64,000 bases of DNA from Marinibactrum halimedae (GCF_021234875.1 NZ_JAJQVM010000003.1:83541-147540); one strand, 5' to 3'. Positions 1 through 10,434 are shown, counted from the stretch's first letter. Notes: a model not told the origin generated them from the sequence alone. Program-made: numbers and translations.

Positions 1-581
1 AATCCGCACCCGATGAGGCGACTTATTTGGAGCTGACTTTTGAGCGAGGTGATGTGGTTGCTATTAATGATGAGGCAATGAGCCCTGCTACCGTTTTGGA
101 AACGCTCAATAAAGTAGGTGGCGCTAATGGTGTTGGCCGATTGGATATTGTTGAAAACCGCTATGTGGGTATGAAATCCCGTGGTTGTTATGAAACCCCA
201 GGGGGCAGCATTATTTTGAAGGCCCATCGAGCGATTGAATCTATCACGCTTGATCGTGAAGTGGCACACCTAAAAGATTCCTTAATGCCGAAGTATGCTG
301 AAATGATTTACAACGGTTATTGGTGGAGCCCTGAGCGAAAAATGTTGCAAACGGCGATTGATGAATCTCAATGCGTGGTGAACGGCAAGGTTCGCGTAAA
401 ATTATATAAAGGCAGCGTGAGTGTTGTTGGGCGCCAATCCGACGATAGTCTATTTGACGAAAAAATTGCCACGTTTGAAGATGATGCTGGTGCTTATGAT
501 CAAAAAGATGCGGAAGGGTTTATCAAATTAAATGCCCTACGTATGCGCATCGCTGCGAATAAAGGTCGCAATTTACTTTGA
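1..581 (+). CDS. argG: argininosuccinate synthase, C-terminal part (5' end lies upstream of the window)
   Basis: The ORF 27..581 translation has the typical ArgG C-terminal region (…[16 protein letters not shown]…) and is open to the window start. Confidence 0.85.
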   Translation, partial: SAPDEATYLELTFERGDVVAINDEAMSPATVLETLNKVGGANGVGRLDIVENRYVGMKSRGCYETPGGSIILKAHRAIESITLDREVAHLKDSLMPKYAEMIYNGYWWSPERKMLQTAIDESQCVVNGKVRVKLYKGSVSVVGRQSDDSLFDEKIATFEDDAGAYDQKDAEGFIKLNALRMRIAANKGRNLL

Positions 582-667
582 GCTTAAACGTAGTGTTCGT
601 TTTCTAAGAAAGTGGATGACGGGTTGGTAATTAGGTTTTTTAGTCAAAGGAAGTGGCGCGATCAACG

Positions 668-697
668 AAAAAGGGGGCGAGAACAAGCCCCTTTTTG
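668..697 (+). terminator. Rho-independent terminator after argG
   Basis: AAAAAGGGGGC / GCCCCTTTTT hairpin followed by a T-run, about 90 nt after the argG stop. Confidence 0.5.
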
Positions 698-724
698 ACG
701 TAACACTTATCAATTTTCACCGGT

Positions 725-738
725 TTGACTCTTATCAA
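725..738. promoter_or_regulatory. FNR/Anr-type box TTGAC-N4-ATCAA upstream of ccoN
   Basis: TTGACtcttATCAA, one mismatch to the TTGAT-N4-ATCAA consensus, about 110 bp upstream of the ccoN ATG. cbb3 oxidase operons are classically Anr/FNR-activated. Confidence 0.55.
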
Positions 739-845
739 TAAGCTAGTCATATACATGCGCCACAATCCACTCGTTTTTTTGCGTGCATGAGCCGAACGTT
801 TTTACATTAACTTTTCCACAACATACTGGTATTGGGATAGTCACT

Positions 846-2291
846 ATGGGTAGTCACTCGGCAGCTGTTGGAGAACAGCAGACATACGACTATAAGGTCG
901 TTCGTCAATTTGCCATCATGGCCGTTGTCTGGGGCGTGTTTGGTATGGGCATGGGCGTGTTTATCGCCGCCCAGTTGGTTTGGCCAAGCTTGAATGATTT
1001 GGTTCAGCCTTTCACTCACTTCGGGCGCTTAAGACCTCTGCATACGAATGCGGTGATTTTTGCATTCGGTGGGTGTGCGTTATTTGCCACCTCTTATTAT
1101 GTAGTTCAGCGAACCTGCCAAACTAAACTGTTTGGGGGCTTTCTAGTACCTTTCACCTTTTGGGGGTGGCAAGCGGTTATCGTGTTGGCCGCCATCACCT
1201 TGCCACAAGGGATGACATCCTCTAAGGAGTACGCGGAGCTTGAGTGGCCCATTGATATCTTGATTACGCTGGTATGGGTTTCTTACGCGGTTGTGTTTTT
1301 CGGTACCATTGCCAAGCGTAAAACCTCTCATATCTATGTGGCGAACTGGTTTTATGGGGCTTTTATCGTCACCGTTGCCATGCTGCACGTTGTTAATAGT
1401 GCGGCTGTTCCTGTTACCCTAACCAAGTCCTATTCTGCTTATGCTGGTGCCATGGATGCCATGGTGCAATGGTGGTACGGTCATAATGCCGTAGGGTTTT
1501 TCCTCACGGCGGGCTTCTTGGGCATGATGTATTACTTCGTACCTAAGCAGGCGGGTCGTCCGGTTTACTCTTATCAACTATCTATTGTTCATTTTTGGGC
1601 ATTGATCTCTCTTTACATTTGGGCCGGCTCTCACCACCTTCATTACTCGGCCTTGCCAGATTGGGCTCAGAGCTTAGGCATGGTGATGTCGTTGATTCTT
1701 CTTGCGCCGTCTTGGGGTGGGATGATTAACGGTATTATGACGCTATCGGGCGCTTGGCATAAATTGCGTACTGACCCAACATTGCGCTTCTTGGTGGTAT
1801 CACTTTCGTTCTACGGAATGTCGACCTTTGAAGGCCCAATGATGGCGATCAAAACTGTGAATGCGCTATCTCATGATACTGATTGGACAATCGGTCACGT
1901 TCATTCTGGTGCTTTGGGTTGGGTTGCAATGATCTCTATTGGTTCGATTTATCATCTTCTGCCGGTTCTTACTGGTCGCAAAGAAATGTGGAGCGTTAAG
2001 CTCATTAATATTCATTTCTGGTTGGCCACCGTTGGTACTGTTTTGTACATCGCCGCAATGTGGGTGAATGGGATTACTCAAGGCATGATGTGGAGAGCCT
2101 TTAACGAAGATGGCACGCTAACCTACAGCTTTATCCAATCTGTAGTGGCAAGCGAGCCCGGTTATGTGGTTCGGGTAATCGGCGGTGCGTTCTTTGTCGC
2201 CGGTATGCTGATTATGGCCTACAACACTTACCGTACTGTTGCCAGCGAGCGCTCCGAAGAAGAGTCTGCTGCTGCGCCACAAGCCGCATAG
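846..2291 (+). CDS. ccoN: cbb3-type cytochrome c oxidase subunit I
   Basis: Polytopic membrane protein with the conserved CcoN N-terminus ([17 protein letters not shown]) and His-rich helices. ATG at 846 is preferred over the GTG at 783 used by the ORF track. Confidence 0.9.
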   Translation: MGSHSAAVGEQQTYDYKVVRQFAIMAVVWGVFGMGMGVFIAAQLVWPSLNDLVQPFTHFGRLRPLHTNAVIFAFGGCALFATSYYVVQRTCQTKLFGGFLVPFTFWGWQAVIVLAAITLPQGMTSSKEYAELEWPIDILITLVWVSYAVVFFGTIAKRKTSHIYVANWFYGAFIVTVAMLHVVNSAAVPVTLTKSYSAYAGAMDAMVQWWYGHNAVGFFLTAGFLGMMYYFVPKQAGRPVYSYQLSIVHFWALISLYIWAGSHHLHYSALPDWAQSLGMVMSLILLAPSWGGMINGIMTLSGAWHKLRTDPTLRFLVVSLSFYGMSTFEGPMMAIKTVNALSHDTDWTIGHVHSGALGWVAMISIGSIYHLLPVLTGRKEMWSVKLINIHFWLATVGTVLYIAAMWVNGITQGMMWRAFNEDGTLTYSFIQSVVASEPGYVVRVIGGAFFVAGMLIMAYNTYRTVASERSEEESAAAPQAA

Positions 2292-2319
2292 CTGAATAGA
2301 CGATTAAGGAGAAGCAGTA

Positions 2320-2931
2320 GTGAAAAACCATGATATTGTCGAGAAGAATATCGGCTTAATGGTGATTTTAACCATCGTCGCCATCAGCTTTGGTGGCTTG
2401 GTCGAAATTGTTCCGCAATTCTTTCTCAAAGAAACCACCGAACCTATCGAAGGTTTAGAGCCTTGGGATGCGGTTGAATTGGAAGGCCGTGATATTTATA
2501 TCCGCGAAGGCTGCCATGTGTGTCATACCCAAATGGTTCGCCCTCTTCGTGCAGAAGTTGAGCGTTATGGTCATTACTCTGTTGCTGGTGAGTCCGTTTA
2601 CGATCATCCATTTCTATGGGGCTCAAAGCGTACCGGCCCAGATTTGGCTCGTGTAGGGGGGCGTTACTCCGATGACTGGCATAAGGCGCATTTGTATAAC
2701 CCACGTAACGTTGTACCTGAATCCAATATGCCGGCGTTCCCATGGCTATTCGATAACGTTTTAGATGGTAAGCACACCGGTGCCAAAATGGCGGCGTTAC
2801 GCTCGGTAGGTGTTCCTTACACCGATGAGGATATTGCCGGGGCACAAGAAGCTGTAAAAGGCGTCACCGAGATTGATGCGTTAGTGGCGTACTTGCAACA
2901 GCTCGGCATTTTACTCAAGCAGAAACGATAA
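2320..2931 (+). CDS. ccoO: cbb3 oxidase subunit II, monoheme cytochrome c
   Basis: [10 protein letters not shown]… start, N-terminal TM helix, CHVCH heme motif. GTG start with an AAGGAG RBS. Confidence 0.9.
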   Translation: MKNHDIVEKNIGLMVILTIVAISFGGLVEIVPQFFLKETTEPIEGLEPWDAVELEGRDIYIREGCHVCHTQMVRPLRAEVERYGHYSVAGESVYDHPFLWGSKRTGPDLARVGGRYSDDWHKAHLYNPRNVVPESNMPAFPWLFDNVLDGKHTGAKMAALRSVGVPYTDEDIAGAQEAVKGVTEIDALVAYLQQLGILLKQKR

Positions 2932-2945
2932 GGCTTGAGGTTACG

Positions 2946-3197
2946 ATGGATTTAAATACTCTGCGCGGTTTGTCGACCATACTGGTGATGATTGCCTTTG
3001 CTGGCGTATGCTGGTGGGCTTTTTCACCCAGACGTAAACAGCGTTTTGAGGATGACGCGAATCTCCCGTTTGCGGATGAGCCTTCATCGACGATTCAACG
3101 GGATGATTCGAAAACTGCCCCTACAGAGGCACAAGATTCACAGTCAGCCATCGCTCAGCCTGACGATGGCGAGAAAAGGCAGGAAAAACAACAATGA
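2946..3197 (+). CDS. ccoQ: cbb3 oxidase subunit IV
   Basis: Small single-TM protein between ccoO and ccoP. Its stop overlaps the ccoP start (ATGA). Confidence 0.7.
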   Translation: MDLNTLRGLSTILVMIAFAGVCWWAFSPRRKQRFEDDANLPFADEPSSTIQRDDSKTAPTEAQDSQSAIAQPDDGEKRQEKQQ

Positions 3198-4102
3198 GCA
3201 CGTTTTGGAGTTTGTGGATCATCATTCTCACGGTGATCAACCTGGCGTTACTTTTCTGGGTATTAATGGCCAACCGCAAAGTGGCCGTCAGTGATGAAGA
3301 TGATCCAGAGAATCGTACTACAGGTCACGTGTACGATGGGATTGAAGAATACGATAACCCACTGCCGAGGTGGTGGTTTATGATGTTCTTGGCCACGTTT
3401 GTATTTTCAATTATTTATCTTGCAGCTTATCCAGGTTTGGGAAGTTATAAAGGCTTCTTGGGTTGGACATCGACTGGCGAACTGGCCAATGACCAGGCCA
3501 AAGCGCAAGAGAGTTATGAAAAGACCTTCGGCAAGTATATTCAAATGCCGATTGAAGAGCTGGCTCAAGATCCTAAAGCGATGAAAATGGGCACACGTCT
3601 GTTTGCGAATAACTGTGCGGTTTGTCATGGTGCCGACGGTGGCGGTGCGTTTGGTTTTCCAAATTTAACCGATCATGATTGGATTTACGGTGGCACACCT
3701 GAAGCGATCAAAACTACGCTGATTAATGGGCGTCAAGCCGCAATGCCGGCGTGGGGTGATATTCTTGGTGAAGAGAAAATTGCCGAGGTGGCTCAGTTTG
3801 TGTTGAGTCTGTCTGGTCGTGCTGAGGATGACAACATGGTGACAAAAGGTAAGGAAATCTTTGCGCAAAATTGTGCAACTTGTCATGGGGCAGATGCAAA
3901 AGGATTGGTTGCCATGGGAGCGCCTAACTTGACCGATGATATCTGGTTGTACGGTGGCGATCCTGCGGAAATCCGGCAAACCCTTCGTAGTGGCCGTAAT
4001 GGTATGATGCCTTCCCAGGCTGACAAACTTCGTGAAGATAAAATTCACTTACTTACCGCTTACGTTTACAGTTTGTCTCTGGACGCTCCTGAGTCGAAGT
4101 AA
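3194..4102 (+). CDS. ccoP: cbb3 oxidase subunit III, diheme cytochrome c
   Basis: N-terminal TM helix plus two CxxCH motifs (CAVCHG, CATCHG). Confidence 0.9.
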   Translation: MSTFWSLWIIILTVINLALLFWVLMANRKVAVSDEDDPENRTTGHVYDGIEEYDNPLPRWWFMMFLATFVFSIIYLAAYPGLGSYKGFLGWTSTGELANDQAKAQESYEKTFGKYIQMPIEELAQDPKAMKMGTRLFANNCAVCHGADGGGAFGFPNLTDHDWIYGGTPEAIKTTLINGRQAAMPAWGDILGEEKIAEVAQFVLSLSGRAEDDNMVTKGKEIFAQNCATCHGADAKGLVAMGAPNLTDDIWLYGGDPAEIRQTLRSGRNGMMPSQADKLREDKIHLLTAYVYSLSLDAPESK

Positions 4103-4230
4103 GCAAGCCCTTTACTACAACAGCCTTGATTTTTAAGGCTGTTGTTCTCCTGCGGTTCACAATATTGAGCCACCCATGTCTTCTGAATCAGTACCTTTTT
4201 TCATTTCCGTATCGGCAGTGAGGTGTATCC

Positions 4231-5706
4231 GTGGTTGATAAAATTCCTGTCAAAGAAATTACGCCAGACGTCATCGAAAACTCGCCTAAAAATAGGGATG
4301 AACCTGCCGGTGGTGTGAGATACGTTCATTTATATGAATCCAGTGGCAAAGTTTACATCCGTAAGATCACTGGCTTTTACCAAAATATCCGCCGTTACAC
4401 GGGCTTGCCTTTGCTGATTGGTTTTGTATTGATGCCGTGGTTGATGATTGATGGCAGGCCTGCCATGTTGTTCGATCTTGATACACGGCAGTTTCATATC
4501 CTATGGCAAACCTTTACCCCACAAGATGGCATTTTTTTGGCTTGGCTGCTGATTATTGCAGCGTTTGCGTTGTTTGCTGTGACGGTGTTAGTTGGACGGG
4601 TTTGGTGTGGCTTTACTTGCCCACAAACCGTGTGGACACTGATGTTTATGTGGGCTGAGCGACTCTGTGAAGGCGATCGTAATAAGCGCATTAAATTGGA
4701 TAAACAAGCTTGGAGTTTTGAAAAGTTTGTTCGTAAGAGTGGTAAACACGGTTTATGGTTGCTGATTTCGTTTATCACCGGTGTAACTTTTATTGGTTAT
4801 TTTGTTCCGGTACGTGAGCTTTTAACGGGGTTTCTTCCAGTTATTTCTGACTCTGGCTTTGTAAGTTGGGGCTCACATCCAGCGACGGCCTTTTGGACTT
4901 TCTTTTTCACTGGCATGACGTACATGAATGCGGGCTGGTTACGTGAGCAAGTGTGCAAATACATGTGCCCTTATGCGCGTTTCCAATCAGTGATGTACGA
5001 TGAAGACACTATTGCCGTGCATTATGATGCGGCCAGAGGTGAAACCCGTGGTCCTCGTAAACCCAAAGAAGATTACAAGGCTCAAGGAAAGGGCGATTGT
5101 ATTGATTGTTCGTGGTGTGTTCAGGTTTGCCCGGTGGACATCGATATTCGGGATGGGTTGCAATACGAGTGCATCAATTGTGGTTTGTGCGTAGATGCTT
5201 GCGACAGTGTGATGGAAAAAATGAATTACCCGAAAGGGTTGATTCGCTTTACGTCTGAAGATGCCCTTAAAACTGGGCACACGCATTTTCTCCGGCCTCG
5301 CTTATTTGGTTACGTCTTTGCCGTATTGGCAATGATCGTGGCGTTCCTCTATGCACTTTCTGTGAGGGAGCCCTTAAAAGTAGATGTTTTCCGAGACCGT
5401 GGAGCGTCGATGTATCGCGTACAGGCGCAAAACATTGTGAATGTGTACACCGTGCAAATCAGCAATACAGATCGAGCCGAGCACACTTATCGCATTGAAG
5501 CCTTGGGGGAGATAGAATTCTCAGTTAGCCATCGCCCGATTTATTTGGAAGAGGGTGAAATATTTACGGTGCCAATACGGGTGAGTGCCTCTCGAGACGA
5601 GTTGGGCGCTAAAACCAAATACGACGTGATCTTGCGCGTGACGGCTGAAGAGGATGAGAGTATTACGGTGGAGCACACGAGTACGTTTATCGGGCCGGGA
5701 AAGTAA
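4231..5706 (+). CDS. ccoG: cbb3 oxidase accessory 4Fe-4S protein (FixG family)
   Basis: Membrane protein with two ferredoxin-type Cys clusters (CxxCxxCxxxCP) and sits at the position conserved in ccoGHIS. Confidence 0.85.
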   Translation: MVDKIPVKEITPDVIENSPKNRDEPAGGVRYVHLYESSGKVYIRKITGFYQNIRRYTGLPLLIGFVLMPWLMIDGRPAMLFDLDTRQFHILWQTFTPQDGIFLAWLLIIAAFALFAVTVLVGRVWCGFTCPQTVWTLMFMWAERLCEGDRNKRIKLDKQAWSFEKFVRKSGKHGLWLLISFITGVTFIGYFVPVRELLTGFLPVISDSGFVSWGSHPATAFWTFFFTGMTYMNAGWLREQVCKYMCPYARFQSVMYDEDTIAVHYDAARGETRGPRKPKEDYKAQGKGDCIDCSWCVQVCPVDIDIRDGLQYECINCGLCVDACDSVMEKMNYPKGLIRFTSEDALKTGHTHFLRPRLFGYVFAVLAMIVAFLYALSVREPLKVDVFRDRGASMYRVQAQNIVNVYTVQISNTDRAEHTYRIEALGEIEFSVSHRPIYLEEGEIFTVPIRVSASRDELGAKTKYDVILRVTAEEDESITVEHTSTFIGPGK

Positions 5707-5733
5707 TGTTTGATTTGAATACTGGAGTAACTT

Positions 5734-6336
5734 TTGACCGACTCAACTTCTAAGCCATGGTACCAAGAGTTTTGGGCGTGGTTCATTTTGTTCCCTTTAA
5801 TTGCAGCCGTCATTTTAGGTGTGATTATGGTGTCTACGGCGTTTCGGCATGGCGATGATGTGGTGACAGATAGTTACTACAAAGAAGGCCGAATGATTAA
5901 TCAAAGTTTGGAACAGGATAAACGTGCAGCTGAGCTGGGCATTATAGGCGACCTTCGTTTTGATATGGAATTGGGGGATGTCAATTTAACGCTGACTCAG
6001 AGTGCGACGAGTGAGCCGTTACCGAAAAAGTTACAACTGTATTTAGACCACCCGGTGAGTGCTGATCAAGACATGGTGCTGTTGCTCAATAACGTTGCGC
6101 CGGGTTACTACCGAGCTGATTTGGAAAAGCCCATTCGCTATCGTTGGTATCTGCGTTTGGAGCCTTTGCAGCTTAAACCCGCTATGGCGGCTTCTGGCAA
6201 TATTCCCCAGTCCCGCTCTCCCCAGTCCAATTCTCCCCAGTTCAACTCTCTTGAGTTTCACTCTTTTAAGCCATGGCATATCAGTGGCGAAATTGATTTT
6301 TCCAAGTCACAACAGGTTCAACTCGCGCCTCGATGA
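5734..6336 (+). CDS. ccoH: cbb3 oxidase assembly protein (FixH family)
   Basis: KPWYQEFWAWF… single-TM N-terminus typical of CcoH/FixH. TTG start with a GGAG RBS. The C-terminus contains an SPQ(S/F)NS triple repeat. Confidence 0.75.
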   Translation: MTDSTSKPWYQEFWAWFILFPLIAAVILGVIMVSTAFRHGDDVVTDSYYKEGRMINQSLEQDKRAAELGIIGDLRFDMELGDVNLTLTQSATSEPLPKKLQLYLDHPVSADQDMVLLLNNVAPGYYRADLEKPIRYRWYLRLEPLQLKPAMAASGNIPQSRSPQSNSPQFNSLEFHSFKPWHISGEIDFSKSQQVQLAPR

Positions 6337-8765
6337 CCGTTGATACACAGCAATCTGCAGGGTGCTACCACTGTGGATTGCCAGTGCCGAACGGTAGCCC
6401 TTTTCGTGCGGAAATTTCCGGAGAGCAGCAAGACTTTTGTTGCCCCGGTTGCCAAGCCGTTGCCCAGTCTATTCATTCCCATGGTTTGGATCAGTTCTAT
6501 CAATTCCGCTCTCAGCGCAATAAAAAACCTTCTGACAATGCTATTGAATATGCGGTCTATGATTTGCCCGCTATGCAGGAGGAATTTGTCAGTGTTGAGA
6601 ATAACCTTGCGACGGCACAATTGCTGGTTGAGGGGATGACGTGTGCTGCATGTGTATGGCTGATTGAGCACCATTTAGGTCAGGTAAATGGAGTTGAGCG
6701 TGCCCGTGTAAACGCAACGTCTGCCAAATTAAGTGTGTCTTGGTTATTAGATCAAGTCTCGTTGAGCAAGGTGATGGCGGCTGTTGCAGAAGTGGGTTAC
6801 CAAGTTCGACCAGCTACTGAGCGAGAAGCTGATCGTTTGCGGCAAAAGGATCATCGGCAAGCGTTGATGCGTTTGGGGGTTGCCGGTTTTGGCATGATGC
6901 AGGTAGGCATGGTGTCAGTGGGGTTATACACCGGTGCAGCAGAGCAATGGCAACTGTATTTACGTTGGATCAGCTTTCTTCTTGCCACGCCTGTGGTGCT
7001 TTATGCAGCACGCCCTTTTTTTGAGGCCGCATGGCGAGCCATAAAACAACGTCAATTGGTGATGGATGTGCCTGTTTCCATGGCCATCGGTGGAGCTTAT
7101 CTTGCGAGTTGTTGGGCAACCGTCACTGATACGGGGGAGGTGTATTTCGACTCCGTGTCGATGTTTACATTTTTCCTGTTATTGGGGCGATTTCTGGAAA
7201 TGCGGGCTCGTCATCGCAATGGGCATTTATTAAGCCGGTTAGCTCAGCTATTGCCAATGGTGGCGACAAGGGTGATGGGAGAGCAGGAAGAAACGGTTCC
7301 CCGTAAAGCATTACAAGTGAAGGATTGGGTAAAGATTGCGGTTGGCGATACTGTGCCTTGTGATGGCCGGGTGGTGTCTGGTGAGTCTTCTCTAGAGGAA
7401 TCTATTTTAACCGGAGAGGCCGCGCCGGTTAAAAAGCAAGTGGGGGACAACGTGATTGCCGGTACTATTAATCGTGATGCTCCTTTAACGGTTGAGGTGA
7501 CTGCAACAGGCCATGAGACGAAGTTGTCGGCCATTGAGCGTTTAGTGGAAAATGCTGCGCAACATAAACCTCGACAGGTGGCCGTTGCGGATCGATTAGC
7601 CGGTGTTTTCGTGGCCGGGGTGCTTGTAATTGCGGCGTTTGTTGGCGGCTATTGGTGGCTTACCCAACCAGAAGATGCCTTTTGGATTGTCTTGTCCATT
7701 TTGGTGGTGACTTGCCCCTGTGCTTTATCTTTAGCGACACCGGCTGCGCTGACTGCAGCAGTAGGGAAGCTCCGTTCTAAAGGTTTCTTGGTGACGCAAG
7801 GCCAGATATTGGAGGGCTTAGATTCTATCGATACGGTTGTTTTCGATAAAACCGGTACCTTGACCGTGGGTAAGCCCACGGTTGTGTCTGCATGTGACCT
7901 GGTAGGCCAGCCACTTCATGATGAAGAAAAAGACGAATACTTGAGGCTCATAGCGGCTTTAGAATCGGGTTCTAGTCACCCTATCGCGACAGCATTTTCT
8001 CCATGGGCTGGGCATTTAACGCCTTCAGATCAGAAGGTCCATACTGGTGATGGGGTTAGTGGTGAAGTCAATGGAAAGCAGTATCGTTTTGGTCATGCGC
8101 TATACGCGTTAGGGGGTGAAGAGTATCCATTGGATATACTCCCTCCAATTGGTAATGGTCAATGGTTGTTATTGTCTCAACAGACCAGCGAACAACCTGA
8201 TCGTTGGGTTGCGCGATGCTGGGTGTGTCTTGCCGATGCATTACGGGAAGACGCGAAAGCGGCTGTAGCCCAATTACAGCGACAAGATGTCGCAGTTGAG
8301 TTATTGAGTGGTGATACCTCCAATCAAGTGCAGTATATTGCGCAGCAATTGGGAATAGAGTGTGCCACTGGAAGCGCTAAGCCAGAGGGTAAGCTCCGTC
8401 GAATTCGCAAGCTTCAAGCTCAAGGCAAGAAGGTAATGGTCGTAGGGGATGGCATCAATGATGTGCCTATCTTGAGTGGTGCCAATGTCTCAGTGGCGAT
8501 GAATTCAGCCACGGACTTAGCGCAAACTCGAGCCGACAGTATTTTACTCAGTGATCGTTTAACGCTGTTACCAGAAACTTTGGTGTTTGCGAGTCGGTTA
8601 AAAACCACGATTCGGCAAAACTTGACCTGGGCCTTGGCCTACAACGGTTTGGCTTTGCCACTGGCAGCGGCAGGGTGGGTACCACCGTGGGCAGCGGCGA
8701 TTGGCATGAGTGCAAGCTCATTGATTGTTGTCTTGAATGCATTACGATTAGGGCGTGCTGGTTAA
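6333..8765 (+). CDS. ccoI: copper-translocating P1B-type ATPase (FixI family)
   Basis: N-terminal CxxC metal-binding motifs, CPC in the TM region, DKTGTLT phosphorylation motif, GDGINDVP. Confidence 0.9.
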   Translation: MTVDTQQSAGCYHCGLPVPNGSPFRAEISGEQQDFCCPGCQAVAQSIHSHGLDQFYQFRSQRNKKPSDNAIEYAVYDLPAMQEEFVSVENNLATAQLLVEGMTCAACVWLIEHHLGQVNGVERARVNATSAKLSVSWLLDQVSLSKVMAAVAEVGYQVRPATEREADRLRQKDHRQALMRLGVAGFGMMQVGMVSVGLYTGAAEQWQLYLRWISFLLATPVVLYAARPFFEAAWRAIKQRQLVMDVPVSMAIGGAYLASCWATVTDTGEVYFDSVSMFTFFLLLGRFLEMRARHRNGHLLSRLAQLLPMVATRVMGEQEETVPRKALQVKDWVKIAVGDTVPCDGRVVSGESSLEESILTGEAAPVKKQVGDNVIAGTINRDAPLTVEVTATGHETKLSAIERLVENAAQHKPRQVAVADRLAGVFVAGVLVIAAFVGGYWWLTQPEDAFWIVLSILVVTCPCALSLATPAALTAAVGKLRSKGFLVTQGQILEGLDSIDTVVFDKTGTLTVGKPTVVSACDLVGQPLHDEEKDEYLRLIAALESGSSHPIATAFSPWAGHLTPSDQKVHTGDGVSGEVNGKQYRFGHALYALGGEEYPLDILPPIGNGQWLLLSQQTSEQPDRWVARCWVCLADALREDAKAAVAQLQRQDVAVELLSGDTSNQVQYIAQQLGIECATGSAKPEGKLRRIRKLQAQGKKVMVVGDGINDVPILSGANVSVAMNSATDLAQTRADSILLSDRLTLLPETLVFASRLKTTIRQNLTWALAYNGLALPLAAAGWVPPWAAAIGMSASSLIVVLNALRLGRAG

Positions 8766-8784
8766 TCGACGCCCTGGAGATTTA

Positions 8785-9033
8785 ATGGATATTTTATACA
8801 TCCTAGTGCCTATCGCATTGGTGTTTGTTGCTTTAGCGGTGAAAGCGTTGTTTTGGGCCATTAACAATGGCCAGTACGATGATTTAGATACCGAAGCCCA
8901 TCGAATTTTGTTTGATGAAAAGCCTAAGGTGGCCTCATCGAAAGAGTTGAATTCCAATCAAGAATTCACCTCCCTTCCCAAAGACTCTGGTAATGAGCTT
9001 AACCGTTCGCAGAACCAGAAACACCCGTCTTAA
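8785..9033 (+). CDS. ccoS: cbb3 oxidase maturation protein (FixS family)
   Basis: MDILYILVPIALVFVALAVKALFWAINNGQYDDLD…, the characteristic short single-TM CcoS, with a C-terminal extension. ATG at 8785 is preferred over the ORF-track start at 8755. Confidence 0.7.
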   Translation: MDILYILVPIALVFVALAVKALFWAINNGQYDDLDTEAHRILFDEKPKVASSKELNSNQEFTSLPKDSGNELNRSQNQKHPS

Positions 9034-9117
9034 ACAGCGCCCATTATTTTTGAAGTTTTAGGTGCTGCACAATATGTTTACGAAACGATAGAGCTCATAA
9101 AACAATAGAGGAACATT

Positions 9118-9864
9118 ATGGAGTTATTGGCTGCATTAGGTATTGGTTTTTTAGGCAGCAGTCATTGTATTGCCATGTGTGGTGGTGTGTGTGCCGCCTT
9201 AAGTTTTGCTCTGCCAGCTCAAAGACCATGGTGGAGAGTGTTAATTTTAGTGGGCTATAACGTAGGGCGTATCTCTAGCTATATGATAGCGGGAGCGTTG
9301 GTTGGTTGGTTGACCGCAGTGGGTGCACAAGAACACTTAACCCCTATGCGTATTTTGGCCGGAGTAATGATGATTGCCATGGGGTTGTATTTAGGTCAAT
9401 GGTGGTTGGGGTTAACCTATTTAGAAAAGGCGGGACAGCGTTTGTGGGGGCGATTGCAGCCGCTATCCAAATCCTTGATGCCAGTGGATTCCATTCCCAA
9501 AGCCTTAGGGTTTGGTGCAGTTTGGGGGTGGTTACCCTGTGGTTTGGTGTACAGCACACTCACACTAGCCGCATCACAAGCCAATGTTTTTCAGGGGGCA
9601 TTGGTTATGGGGGCTTTTGGTTTGGGCACCTTACCGGCCATGTTTGTAAGTGGCCTACTCGCTGAGCGTTTAAAGCAATGGACTTCTCGTCGAGCGTTGC
9701 AAAAAATATTTGGTGTATTGCTGATTGTGTTTGGCGTATGGACGTTATATTTGGTGTATTTACACGGTGGACATGATCATCATGGTAGTCATGGGCATCA
9801 TAGCGAGCCTGTAATGGAGAGCGACCAAAAACCCATGGAGCATCACCACCACCATCACCATTAA
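9118..9864 (+). CDS. DsbD_2 / TauE-SafE-like polytopic membrane protein with a His-rich C-terminal tail
   Basis: N-terminal GxxHCxxMCGG motif typical of the DsbD_2 family. Ends with HGGHDHHGSHGHH…HHHHHHH. Lies immediately downstream of ccoS. Confidence 0.7.
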   Translation: MELLAALGIGFLGSSHCIAMCGGVCAALSFALPAQRPWWRVLILVGYNVGRISSYMIAGALVGWLTAVGAQEHLTPMRILAGVMMIAMGLYLGQWWLGLTYLEKAGQRLWGRLQPLSKSLMPVDSIPKALGFGAVWGWLPCGLVYSTLTLAASQANVFQGALVMGAFGLGTLPAMFVSGLLAERLKQWTSRRALQKIFGVLLIVFGVWTLYLVYLHGGHDHHGSHGHHSEPVMESDQKPMEHHHHHHH

Positions 9865-9940
9865 TCTACACTTTCATTGAGTTGGCGAAGATAGGTGATG
9901 AAAAAATCAATGCTAAAATCGTATCTAGGCAATAATAAAA

Positions 9941-10417
9941 ATGGCAGTTCATATTAAAGGTCGAATTGGTCAAGTGGATATTGACCTAGAGGTGACGGCT
10001 ACTGAGGAAGATAGTTTACTGTCATTAATCGGTGGGCTTGTGAATCAAGTTTCTGTTCAGGATGACCAGTCTCAAATAGGTTCCCAGAGTGTTAATTGTA
10101 GAGAAGATAGTGATAATTCGAATTCGGAAAACAATAGGTTTAACAATACGAAAACGCTATTTTCTCATTCACCTAAGCCAGAATTAACATCAGTTGACTG
10201 TAGCACTGACAATAAAAAAGACCCGCTTGCTATAGCGTTAAAGGCCTTAGAAAAAAAAGGCCCTCAAACGGGTAGTGAGTTAATTAACCTGCTGAGTCCA
10301 TATTGTTTGACGGATCGATCTTTGAAGCGTGTTTTAATGATGTTGAGGGAGAACGAAAAGGTTGAGGTAACCATATCTGATGATGGACAACAGCGTATTT
10401 ATGGTATTAGGGCTTAA
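9941..10417 (+). CDS. hypothetical protein in a locally AT-rich segment
   Basis: 158-aa ORF with an ATG start. Low-complexity acidic/Ser-rich middle and a possible winged-helix-like C-terminus. No recognisable family. Confidence 0.4.
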   Translation: MAVHIKGRIGQVDIDLEVTATEEDSLLSLIGGLVNQVSVQDDQSQIGSQSVNCREDSDNSNSENNRFNNTKTLFSHSPKPELTSVDCSTDNKKDPLAIALKALEKKGPQTGSELINLLSPYCLTDRSLKRVLMMLRENEKVEVTISDDGQQRIYGIRA

Positions 10418-10434
10418 TCGATTTTATTTAAAAG

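Noticed and set aside
693-716. Second FNR-like element TTGAC-N9-ATCAA upstream of ccoN
   Set aside because: The half-sites are 9 nt apart instead of 4, so it is unlikely to be a functional FNR dimer site, and only the 725-738 site is reported.
807-2081. Antisense ORFs (807..1019, 1143..1388, 1866..2081) inside ccoN
   Set aside because: They lie entirely within, and opposite to, a strongly supported conserved gene. Their translations have no family resemblance and are typical antisense artefacts.
2992-3294. 100-aa ORF overlapping ccoQ and ccoP in another frame
   Set aside because: It is out of frame with two tightly coupled, well-supported cco genes.
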